From the NCBI GenBank assembly GCA_903829815.1, contig CAIKRR010000014.1:209024-273023 (forward strand): a stretch of 64,000 nt of DNA. Direction: 5' to 3'. Origin of the DNA: an uncultured Pseudomonadota bacterium. Lineage in GTDB: Bacteria > Pseudomonadota > Gammaproteobacteria > Burkholderiales > SG8-39. Made by a program: the position numbers and the translations under genes. Below, piece after piece: positions 39,994 through 48,120 of the stretch. Below the pieces are notes generated by a model that saw nothing but the letters and a program-made list of their open reading frames with translations, was not told the origin of the DNA and ran no database searches. Position 1 is the first letter of the stretch; every line of letters starts with the position of its first letter.

Positions 39994-41170
39994 GCACCAC
40001 CATCTGGCCACGTGATCGCCAGTGCAGCGCTGCAGCCGAAGCGGCTGCCAACGAGCCCACAGCCACCACGCCCAGCCAGCCCTGGGCCGCAAAGGCATAA
40101 CTGGCCAGCAGCGCCCCCAGTCCGTTGCCACCAAAGGTATGCAGCATCAGCAGCATGTTGACCCGGGCACGGGCTTCGGGCTCGATGCCCAGCAGAAAGG
40201 TCTGGTTGGCCACCAGGCTCGTGCGAATGCCGAAGTCAAGCAGCATCACCCCGACCACGAGCGCCGCCACCGACCAGGGGCCGAAGGCAAAGGTCGCGTA
40301 GGCGGCCAGCACGAGGAGGGTGCCCGCCAGCACGGCCTTGGCAGAACCGCCCCGATCGACCCAGCGCCCGACGGGTGCCGCGATCAGCACGCCAGCCGCC
40401 CCGGGTATGCCGAAAAGACCGGCAACTGCGCTCCCCAACTGATGATCGGCCGCCAGCATCGGTGCCAGCATCGCCCAGAAGCCGCCGTAGCCGATGCCAA
40501 GCAAGCCCTGGACCCGCGAGGTGCGATTGACCACCGGATAGCGACGCATGAGACCCACGAGCGACCCGAGCAAAGCGGCATAGCCAAGCTGGCTCGTGCC
40601 GCGGGCGCTGGGCAGCATGCGCACGATCACCGGCAGCACGCAGGCAACCAGCACCGCGCCAAACCCGAACCCGGCACGCCAGCCAAACCAGCCGCTCACC
40701 ACCCCGCCCAGCAGGCGCCCGGTGAGGATGCCCAGCAGCATCCCCGAGAGCACCGTGCCGATCACCGCACCACGCCGCGCAGGCGGCGTGAGCTGTGCAG
40801 TGAGGGCAACCAGGTGCTGGGAGGTCGACGCCCCCATGCCCACGACCACGCTTGCCACGACCAGCACCCAGAACGCGTTGGTGACCGCCATGATCGCAAG
40901 AGCAACCGTCACCGCACTCACCTGCGCAAGGATCAGGTGGCGCTTGTCGAATACGTCGCCCAGCGGCGCCAGAAAGAGAACGCCCGCGACGAAGCCGAAG
41001 GTGGTGGCGGTTGGAATCCAGCCCAGCTCCCGTGCTCCGACATCAAACTCGCGGCCGATCACATCGAGCATCGGGGTGTAGAAGTGCATGGTCGAGGCGG
41101 CGACCAGCATGGTGATGAAGATCACCCCTATCAGGCGCTGCGACAGACCGTCACCAGTTGAATGGCTCAC
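39980..41170 (-). CDS. MFS transporter
   Basis: 12 predicted TM helices and the MFS loop motif PLGDVFDKRHL. Confidence 0.8.
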   Translation of the reverse strand: MSHSTGDGLSQRLIGVIFITMLVAASTMHFYTPMLDVIGREFDVGARELGWIPTATTFGFVAGVLFLAPLGDVFDKRHLILAQVSAVTVALAIMAVTNAFWVLVVASVVVGMGASTSQHLVALTAQLTPPARRGAVIGTVLSGMLLGILTGRLLGGVVSGWFGWRAGFGFGAVLVACVLPVIVRMLPSARGTSQLGYAALLGSLVGLMRRYPVVNRTSRVQGLLGIGYGGFWAMLAPMLAADHQLGSAVAGLFGIPGAAGVLIAAPVGRWVDRGGSAKAVLAGTLLVLAAYATFAFGPWSVAALVVGVMLLDFGIRTSLVANQTFLLGIEPEARARVNMLLMLHTFGGNGLGALLASYAFAAQGWLGVVAVGSLAAASAAALHWRSRGQMVVPTGQ

Positions 41171-41259
41171 ACCCGATGCTCCCTGAAAAGGGTGATTCGC
41201 GCTCCGAAGGGGCGCGAGTCAGGCATCATAACGGCCCCGAACCCCATGGAGAGAATCCC

Positions 41260-42252
41260 GTGAGCAAGTTGCAATTGAGCCTTGCCTGTGCCGGCTACGA
41301 CCGCACGCGCGCCCTGTTCGATGGTCGCGTGTCGATCGACGGCGTCGATATCATCCCGACGGTGCTCGAACCCGAAGAGGCCTTTCACCGTGCGTTCAAG
41401 TACGGCGAGTTCGACATCACCGAGATATCGATGAGCAGCCACACGGTGATGACCGCCCGTGGCGAAGCACAGTACGTCGGCGTCCCGGCCTTTCTCTCCA
41501 GGGTATTTCGCCACTCGGGCATCTACATCAACACCTCGAAGGGCATCACCCGGCCCGAAGACCTGCGCGGCAAGATCATCGGCGTGCCCGAGTACCAGAT
41601 CACCGCCAACGTCTGGATCCGCGGCATCCTCTCCGATGACTATGGCGTATCGGCCGATCAGGTCCACTGGCGCCGCGGCGGTATCGAGCAGCCGGGCCGT
41701 GGCGAGCGCTCGCCGATCAAGCTCCCCGCCTCGATCGACCTGCAGCAGATTGCCGACGACAAGACGCTCTCGGGCATGCTCGAGTCAGGTGAAATCGACG
41801 CCATGATCAGTGCCCGCGCGCCCTCGTGCCTGCTGCGTGGATCGCCCAATGTGGCCCGGCTCTTCCCGAACTTCAAGGACGTCGAGGCCGACTACTTCAA
41901 GCGCAGCCGTCACTTCCCGATCATGCACATGGTGGGCATCCGCAAGTCGCTGGTGGAAAAGCACCCGTGGCTGCCGGTCAATGTCTACAAGGCCTTTGCC
42001 GAAGCCAAGCGCCTTGCCATCAACGACCTGAACGAGATCAACATGCTGCTCATCACCCTGCCCTGGGTGGTGCATGAGTACAACACCACGCGCGAACTGA
42101 TGGGCGAAGACTTCTGGCCCTACGGCTTCAAGGAAAACCTCCATTCGCTCGAAGTGTTCACCCGCTACCACCACGAGCAGGGGCTGTCCTCGCGCAAACT
42201 CGCGCCTGAGGAACTGTTCACGCCGTCGGTGATCGATCTGAGCCGGATCTGA
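41260..42252 (+). CDS. 4,5-dihydroxyphthalate decarboxylase-like protein (SBP-fold enzyme, no signal peptide)
   Basis: GTG start preceded by GGAGAG. The product VSKLQLSLACAGYDRTRALFDGRVSIDGVD...EFDITEISMSS matches the PhtD-like family, which is often annotated as an ABC substrate-binding protein. Confidence 0.72.
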   Translation: MSKLQLSLACAGYDRTRALFDGRVSIDGVDIIPTVLEPEEAFHRAFKYGEFDITEISMSSHTVMTARGEAQYVGVPAFLSRVFRHSGIYINTSKGITRPEDLRGKIIGVPEYQITANVWIRGILSDDYGVSADQVHWRRGGIEQPGRGERSPIKLPASIDLQQIADDKTLSGMLESGEIDAMISARAPSCLLRGSPNVARLFPNFKDVEADYFKRSRHFPIMHMVGIRKSLVEKHPWLPVNVYKAFAEAKRLAINDLNEINMLLITLPWVVHEYNTTRELMGEDFWPYGFKENLHSLEVFTRYHHEQGLSSRKLAPEELFTPSVIDLSRI

Positions 42253-42257
42253 CCCCC

Positions 42258-43709
42258 ATGAGCGCTGCCCGTTACCGTAGTGCAAACGAACTGGCGACAC
42301 TCGTCGCGAGCGGAGCGGTGTCAGCGCTCGAACTGGCCGATGAACACATTGCGCGGATCGAGCGCGACGATCCGCGCGTGAATGCAGTGGTCGTGCGTCG
42401 CTTCGAGGCGGCGCGGGATGAAGCCCGTGCCATCGACGCGGCGCGTCTGCGCGGCGAACACGTGGGGCCGCTGGCCGGCGTGCCGATCACGGTGAAGGAG
42501 TGCTTCGACCTCCAGGGCACGGCCTCCACCTTCGGCCACCCCGATCGGGCCAGCCATCGAGCCCAACGCGATGCGGCAACCGTGGCACGTCTGCGCCGCG
42601 CCGGCGCGGTGATTCTGGGCAAGACCAATGTGCCCAAGGACCTCGCCGACTGGCAGTCGTTCAACGCGCTCTACGGCACCACGCTCAACCCGTGGGACGC
42701 GACGCGCTCGGCGGGCGGCTCATCAGGCGGTTCGGCTGCGGCGCTTGCCACCGGCATGAGTGCGCTGGAGATCGGCAGCGACATCGGCGGGTCGATCCGG
42801 GTGCCTGCGCACTTCTGTGGCGTGTATGGCCACAAGCCTACCTTTGGCATCGTGTCGACCGAAGGTCATTCGATGGTCGATGAGGCCCCGCCCGCCGACC
42901 TCAATGTAGCCGGGCCACTCGCGCGCACGAGCGCCGACCTTGCCCTGGCCTTGGGCATTCTCGCAGGCGGTGAACCCGGTTCGCCCTGGCAACTGACGCT
43001 GCCCGCAGCCCCGGCCGACGTGCCGCGCGGACTTCGCATCGGCGTCATCACCGGCGACGCAACCTTTGCGGTCGATCAGGCCACGCGCGCTGCGGCGCTC
43101 GGCGCGGCCGAGGCGCTGCGGGCGGGTGGCGCCACCGTGACTGTCGATCCAGCCTTGCCGATGGCCAGCCAGGAATACTACGAACTCTACATTGCGGTGC
43201 TGCGCGGCTCGACCTCGGCGCGGGTGAATCTGAATGACCTCGCCACCTTGCAGGCACACGCTGCCGCGACCGATCCAGCCGATCGTGGCTACGACGCCCT
43301 GCGCCTGCGCGGGCTCACGCAGTCGCATCGCCAGTGGCATGAGCGTGACCTCGAGCGCACCCGCCTGCGCGCTCGCTGGGCCGAATTCTTCCGCCATCAC
43401 GATGCGCTGATCGCTCCGATCACGCCGACCTGCGCCTTCCCGCACACGCACTCGACGCCCAAGCACGAGCAGCGTCTGGACATCGATGGCGCGATGCGGC
43501 AGATCAGCGACAGCTACTTCTGGATCGGGCTGCCCAGTCTGCCGCTGTTGCCCTCGACGGCGATACCGGCCGGCAAAAGTGCAAGCGGCATGCCGATCGG
43601 CCTGCAGATCATCGGTCCTGACTTCAGCGATCTGCGCGGCATCGCGATTGCCGGGTGGCTCGAAGGTGCGTGGCGGGGCTTCGAGTCACCGCCCGCCTTC
43701 GGCGACTAG
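42258..43709 (+). CDS. Amidase (amidase-signature family)
   Basis: AS signature GGSSGGSAAALATG and catalytic Lys context PITVKE. Confidence 0.88.
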   Translation: MSAARYRSANELATLVASGAVSALELADEHIARIERDDPRVNAVVVRRFEAARDEARAIDAARLRGEHVGPLAGVPITVKECFDLQGTASTFGHPDRASHRAQRDAATVARLRRAGAVILGKTNVPKDLADWQSFNALYGTTLNPWDATRSAGGSSGGSAAALATGMSALEIGSDIGGSIRVPAHFCGVYGHKPTFGIVSTEGHSMVDEAPPADLNVAGPLARTSADLALALGILAGGEPGSPWQLTLPAAPADVPRGLRIGVITGDATFAVDQATRAAALGAAEALRAGGATVTVDPALPMASQEYYELYIAVLRGSTSARVNLNDLATLQAHAAATDPADRGYDALRLRGLTQSHRQWHERDLERTRLRARWAEFFRHHDALIAPITPTCAFPHTHSTPKHEQRLDIDGAMRQISDSYFWIGLPSLPLLPSTAIPAGKSASGMPIGLQIIGPDFSDLRGIAIAGWLEGAWRGFESPPAFGD

Positions 43710-44464
43710 AAGTGCTGCGGCGGCGGGCCGCCAGCCTCGTCAAGCAGTGCGTTGTCCTCCAGCGCCATGCGCGCGAGCACACGGGTACGCCACAGGTGCC
43801 AGCCGCGGTCGTATTCCTGCCTTGGCGCTGAGGCCGCAACCTCATCGTCATGCATGAAATCGACCTTGCCGCCCGGCCCTGCGATGAGCATGGCCTGCAG
43901 TTGCATGCGCGCATTCGACTCCAGATAGATGCTGCGCCCGACCGCCCGAGCGATGGTTTCACCCACCGTGACACAGCCATGACCCCGCATCAGGGCGGCA
44001 GGGTGACCGCCCAGTGTCTTCGCGAGCGCCGCCCCCAGATAAGGCGTCTTCACCAGCAGGTCGGTGCCGGTCTGCGCATCGCGAATCTCGAAATTGGGTA
44101 CGCCCTGCCCCACAAAGGCCGACATGTGGAAGATTGGACGCAAGGGTTCGCGCGTGGTGCTGAACGGAATCACCGAAGGTGAGTGGTTGTGCACCACGCA
44201 CATCACCTCGGGGCGCGACTTGAAGATCTCGCCATGGATGTAGCGCTCGCGCACGCTGAGGCGATCACCGGCATCGATCGGATTGCTGTCCAGGTCATAT
44301 TCGATGATGTCCGACTCGCGGACGAACTCGGGCGCAATGTGGCGCGCGAGGAGGTAACGGCTGGAGTCCCGATCGGAACGCACGCTCACATGGCCGTAGG
44401 CGTCGATGACGCCGTGCTCGGCGAGCACGCGGTAGGCAATCACCAGGTCCTGTATGAGGCTCAT
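43706..44464 (-). CDS. Class II aldolase/adducin-domain protein
   Basis: Contains AYGHVSVR and VVHNHSP metal-ligand motifs. ATG at 44464. It shares a palindromic CTAG stop with the convergent amidase. Confidence 0.8.
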   Translation of the reverse strand: MSLIQDLVIAYRVLAEHGVIDAYGHVSVRSDRDSSRYLLARHIAPEFVRESDIIEYDLDSNPIDAGDRLSVRERYIHGEIFKSRPEVMCVVHNHSPSVIPFSTTREPLRPIFHMSAFVGQGVPNFEIRDAQTGTDLLVKTPYLGAALAKTLGGHPAALMRGHGCVTVGETIARAVGRSIYLESNARMQLQAMLIAGPGGKVDFMHDDEVAASAPRQEYDRGWHLWRTRVLARMALEDNALLDEAGGPPPQHF

Positions 44465-44535
44465 TGCAAGGCTTCTCCCTCTATCGGTCTGTCGAAAATG
44501 AATGCGGTGCATGCACGCCGTGCGCGTGCGGGTAT

Positions 44536-45543
44536 TCAATCGGCCTTGATGTGGGCGTCAGCAATCACGCGCCCCCAGCGCGCCAGATCACGCCGCAAGG
44601 TCTCTGCCAGGCGCTCGGGAGGCCCACCCACGGGCGCGATGCCCTGGCGCGCCATCTGGGCACGCACATCGGGCCGCATGGCTGTCTCGGTCAGTGCCGC
44701 GTTGATGCGCGCAACGACCAGGCCAGGTGTGGCTGCCGGCGCGAACACCGCGTACCAGGTGTCCACCACGAGCCCCGGATACCCGGCTTCAGCGAGCGTG
44801 GGCACATCGGGAAAAGCGGGTTGCCTGCGATCGCTCAGCACGGCCAGCATGCGCAGCCGGCCATTGGCCGCGAAGGGGGCGATGGTCTGGAGCGATGCCA
44901 CCATGGCCTGGACGTGCCCCGCCACCAGGTCAGCGACCGCACCACCTGAACCCTTGTAGGGCACATGCACGAGGTCAATGCCTGCCTCGAGCTTGATGAG
45001 TTCCATCGTGAGGTGCTGCGGCGCCCCGTTGCCGGTCGATGAGTAGTAGAGCGAGCCCGGGGAGGCCTTCGCCAGATCGACGAATTCGCGAACGCTGCGG
45101 GCGTTGATGCCGGGGTTCACCATGAGCGCCATGCTGCTTGCCGCCACCACAGCCACCGGCGTGAAGCTCTTCACCGGATCGAATGGCAAACTCGCCATCA
45201 GCGGTGGATTGGTGGCAAACGATGTTGCCGTGAAGAGCAGCGTGTAGCCATCCGGGTTGGCGCGGGCGACCGCATCGGCACCCAGATTGCCGCTGGCACC
45301 GGCGCGGTTCTCGGTGACCACGGGTACCTTCCAGGCCTGGGCGAGATGCGGCGCGAGCAGGCGCGAGAGGATGTCAGCGCCGGTGCCCGGGGTGTAGGGC
45401 ACGATGAACTGAACCGTCCGCACGGGCCATGCGGCGTTGGCAGCCTCCTGCGCCTCGGCGGGTGCGCCTGGAAGCATCATCGCTGCGAAAGCCGCAGTGA
45501 TCAGCGCGGCGACTGATCGGCGAGCACCCTGTCGCAGGCACAT
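44536..45543 (-). CDS. Bug/TctC-family substrate-binding protein
   Basis: Signal peptide, then VRTVQFIVPYTPGTGAD. ATG at 45543. Confidence 0.85.
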   Translation of the reverse strand: MCLRQGARRSVAALITAAFAAMMLPGAPAEAQEAANAAWPVRTVQFIVPYTPGTGADILSRLLAPHLAQAWKVPVVTENRAGASGNLGADAVARANPDGYTLLFTATSFATNPPLMASLPFDPVKSFTPVAVVAASSMALMVNPGINARSVREFVDLAKASPGSLYYSSTGNGAPQHLTMELIKLEAGIDLVHVPYKGSGGAVADLVAGHVQAMVASLQTIAPFAANGRLRMLAVLSDRRQPAFPDVPTLAEAGYPGLVVDTWYAVFAPAATPGLVVARINAALTETAMRPDVRAQMARQGIAPVGGPPERLAETLRRDLARWGRVIADAHIKAD

Positions 45544-45718
45544 CCGCAAGGGCTCCGGACACGACGGGCCACACCGTGCTGGATCAAGGGTCGATCGGAC
45601 AGGGACTCGAGGGCTCATTGAAGACCAGGCAGATCAGAGGGGCGCTCGCAACCGTCGGGGCGCAGGGGCGTATTCTACGGCGGTCGAGAAAATGCCGCCG
45701 CCTGCAGGGAAATCCACC

Positions 45719-46819
45719 ATGAGCCCGTCACAGCCGATCACCTCCACCAGCACCTCCACCAGCACCTCCAACGCTTCCTCCAACGCTTCCACCAGCACCT
45801 CCGCCTCAGCCGAGGCTCTGGCCCAGTTCTCGCGCGGGATTTCACCCTTGTCGGTCATGCCCTTGTGGGAACGCACCGCACGCATGAAACCCGGGTCGAT
45901 CTGCGTGCCGCATCAGTGGCGCTATGCCGACCTGCGCGGGCCGCTGCAGGAGGCCTGCAGCCTGATCAGCAAGCGCGATGCAGAACGACGGGTACTCGTT
46001 CTGGAGAACCCGAGCATGCGCGGCTCCACCTTTGCGACCCCGACGCTCTACGCCGGTCTGCAGATCATCACGCCGGGCGAAATTGCCCCCTCGCACCGCC
46101 ACTCGCCGGGCGCGCTGCGGTTCATCATCGAAGGTGAAGGCGCCTACACCGCGGTCGAAGGCGAGCGCATCGACATGCATCCGGGTGACTTCATCGTCAC
46201 CCCGAACTGGACATGGCATGAGCACGGCAATCTGGGCGAGCAACCGGTCGTCTGGCTCGACGGGCTCGACACGGCGATGGTGGCGCTCTTTGGCGCGATG
46301 TTTCGCGAGGATGCGCCGAGCGAGAGCTACGCCCCGGAACACCCTTCGGGGGAAAGCGCGGCGCGCTTCGGCAGCAACATGCTGCCGGTGGATTACGAAG
46401 GACAAGCGCACACCTCGACACCATTGCGGGTGTACCGCTACGCCCAATCACGTGCGGCACTGGCCGATCTCGCCCGCGCCCGCGCCGCGGACGCGGTGCA
46501 TGGTTACAAACTGCGCTACGCCCATCCGGGCACCGGCGCGCATCCCTTCCCGACCATGGCGGTCTATCTGCAACACCTGCCGGCAGGCTTTTGCGGCAGC
46601 CCATGGCGCTCGACCGAAAGCCTCGTCTGCTGCGTCGTCGAGGGAGCAGCAACCGCGGTGCTCGGTGACCACCGATTCGAGCTTGGCCCACGCGACCTCT
46701 TCGCGATACCACCGTGGGTCGAGGCGCGCCTCGAGTCCTCGGCTGGGGCCGTCATTTTCAGTTACGGCGATCGGGCAGCGCAGGAGGCCTTGGGTCTGCT
46801 GCGCGAGGAGCGCCTGTAG
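45719..46819 (+). CDS. Gentisate 1,2-dioxygenase-like bicupin with Ser/Thr-rich N-terminal extension
   Basis: Contains PLWERTA...AERRVLVLENP...HRHSPGALRFIIEGEG...GDFIVTPNWTWHEHGN, typical of GDO. ATG at 45719; 45692 is the alternative. Confidence 0.8.
   Translation: MSPSQPITSTSTSTSTSNASSNASTSTSASAEALAQFSRGISPLSVMPLWERTARMKPGSICVPHQWRYADLRGPLQEACSLISKRDAERRVLVLENPSMRGSTFATPTLYAGLQIITPGEIAPSHRHSPGALRFIIEGEGAYTAVEGERIDMHPGDFIVTPNWTWHEHGNLGEQPVVWLDGLDTAMVALFGAMFREDAPSESYAPEHPSGESAARFGSNMLPVDYEGQAHTSTPLRVYRYAQSRAALADLARARAADAVHGYKLRYAHPGTGAHPFPTMAVYLQHLPAGFCGSPWRSTESLVCCVVEGAATAVLGDHRFELGPRDLFAIPPWVEARLESSAGAVIFSYGDRAAQEALGLLREERL
45739..45811 (+). repeat. In-frame 12-bp-type coding repeats encoding a Ser/Thr/Asn/Ala-rich stretch
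   Basis: cacctccaccag x2, followed by tccaacgcttcc x2-like and accagcacctcc units. The encoded peptide is TSTSTSTSTSNASSNASTSTSASA. Confidence 0.85.
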
Positions 46820-47717
46820 CGAGCGCGATGGCATGAGCCTGAGCCACGAATGACCCCACCAGCAAGCCCGCAAGACCACCTAACGGTGATCGCACCTTTC
46901 GGATCGAACGCACTCGGGTCACCGGCAGAGTCTCCACTATCGGAACCCGTACCAGAGACATCGCCGCACCGTAGCGCGCCATGAAGCCGTACGGCACCAC
47001 CGCCAGCAACTCATCGCTCCCCAGCACTGCGAGCAGCGTCGACAGCGATTCACAATCGAGTCGAACAGCAGGGGGCTTGGCACCCAGGGCGGCCCACCCC
47101 AAGCGTGTCGGGTCGCCAGCCCCGGCACGCGGCCCGACCCGCACCCAAGGTGCAGCGGCCAGGTCGACCAATCTCGACGCCTCGGCCAAGGGATGTGAGG
47201 ACGATGCGACCACGACATTGACGCTTTCAAACAAAGGTTGCGCGACAAGCGCCGCGCTGAATGAGCCCGGAGGCAGCGGACCAATCGCCAGATCGATCTC
47301 ACCGGCACGAAGGAGCGCCTCGGAGCGCGCGAACGGTGCATCGATAATGCGCAGACGCGCACCGGGCACCCGTTGCCTGAAAGAAGCAAATGCCCGAGGC
47401 ACCACGAGAGGGTCCACCTCGGGCGACAGCCCCACCGCGATTCGCGATCGATGGCGCTTGGCCTGCCACTCCAGTTCCTCACTGGCCTGCGCCAGTTCAT
47501 CCAAGGCCTTGCTCGCGCGAGTTGCCAGGATTTCACCTTCAGGCGACAGACCAACCCCTCTGGGCGTCCGGATGACCAGGGCCACGCCGATCTCCGCTTC
47601 GAGTTGGCCCAATGATCGCGTCAGGACCGGTTGACTGACCTGCAACACCTGCGCAGCCGATCGCAGACTGCCGTATTCCGCGATCGCAAGGAGCAGGTGG
47701 AGGTGTTGAATTCGCAT
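46758..47717 (-). CDS. LysR-family transcriptional regulator
   Basis: N-terminal wHTH (LRSAAQVLQVSQPVLTRSLGQLE) and an LTTR substrate-binding domain. The 3' end overlaps the convergent dioxygenase gene by 62 nt. Confidence 0.88.
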   Translation of the reverse strand: MRIQHLHLLLAIAEYGSLRSAAQVLQVSQPVLTRSLGQLEAEIGVALVIRTPRGVGLSPEGEILATRASKALDELAQASEELEWQAKRHRSRIAVGLSPEVDPLVVPRAFASFRQRVPGARLRIIDAPFARSEALLRAGEIDLAIGPLPPGSFSAALVAQPLFESVNVVVASSSHPLAEASRLVDLAAAPWVRVGPRAGAGDPTRLGWAALGAKPPAVRLDCESLSTLLAVLGSDELLAVVPYGFMARYGAAMSLVRVPIVETLPVTRVRSIRKVRSPLGGLAGLLVGSFVAQAHAIALATGAPRAADPRPPALPDRRN

Positions 47718-47754
47718 GGTTTTTGAGTGATACCTCAGGGCTATCAGTCTGAAA
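47703..47754. repeat. Direct repeat copy A (about 50 bp): lysR-family 5' end plus operator
   Basis: gtgttgaattcgcatggtttttgagtgatacctcagggctatcagtctgaaa. It covers the first four codons of the regulator. Confidence 0.85.
47730..47744. promoter_or_regulatory. LTTR-type box, imperfect (ATAC-N7-CTAT), proximal to the lysR-family start
   Basis: tgATACctcagggCTATca lies 11-29 nt upstream of the regulator ATG (47717). It has T-N11-A architecture. Confidence 0.4.
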
Positions 47755-47798
47755 CGCTATCACCTCGAAACAGCAAGCGCAGAGCCTCGATGGACGGG

Positions 47799-47892
47799 CG
47801 GTGACACCGCCTGGATCCGTGGGTGAGCAGTGACGCTGCCTGGATCCATGGGCGAGCGCTGCCACCGACTGGCCCCGTGGGTGAGCGGTGAC
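47799..47892. repeat. 29-bp tandem repeat, about 3.2 copies
   Basis: The units are cggtgacaccgcctggatccgtgggtgag / cagtgacgctgcctggatccatgggcgag / cgctgccaccgactggccccgtgggtgag / cggtgac... They are contiguous with no spacers. Confidence 0.8.
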
Positions 47893-47934
47893 TGTGCGCT
47901 TACCTCTAGACGCGGAGAGAGGCGGCTGGGGGGA

Positions 47935-47986
47935 AGTGAATTCGCAGGGTTTTTCGAGTGATACCTCAGGGGTATCACTGCGAAAA
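47935..47986. repeat. Direct repeat copy B (about 50 bp), roughly 232 bp from copy A
   Basis: aagtgaattcgcagggtttttcgagtgatacctcaggggtatcactgcgaaa. It is near-identical to copy A, except that the ATG complement cat reads cag and there is a 1-nt indel. Confidence 0.85.
47961..47975. promoter_or_regulatory. LTTR-type box, perfect ATAC-N7-GTAT palindrome (distal copy)
   Basis: tgATACctcagggGTATca (GATACC-N5-GGTATC) is a perfect inverted repeat with the classic T-N11-A LysR-box form. Confidence 0.45.
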
Positions 47987-48062
47987 GTACCCTCCCAGAG
48001 GTACCACCACCTCCACGCCATGCGGTCGGGAGCGAGCCGTGAATGACCCTGTCCGCGCGGCG

Positions 48063-48120
48063 TCATCAGACCTGCCGTCCCACGATCAGGTCTGCCGTCC
48101 CCTCATCAGGTCTGCCGCCC
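48063..48120. repeat. 20-bp tandem repeat x3 spanning the GMC oxidoreductase stop codon
   Basis: The units are tcatcagacctgccgtccc(a) / cgatcaggtctgccgtccc(c) / tcatcaggtctgccgccc. The stop (48086..48088) lies in the middle unit. Confidence 0.85.

Noticed and set aside
43706-43709. Palindromic CTAG shared by the stop codons of the convergent amidase and aldolase genes
   Set aside because: This is a real sequence feature, but a trivial consequence of TAG stops on both strands. No functional implication can be supported.
47799-47892. Possible CRISPR array (29-bp repeats)
   Set aside because: The units are directly contiguous with no spacers, there are only about 3 copies, they are imperfect, and no cas genes are present. 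This is a simple tandem repeat.
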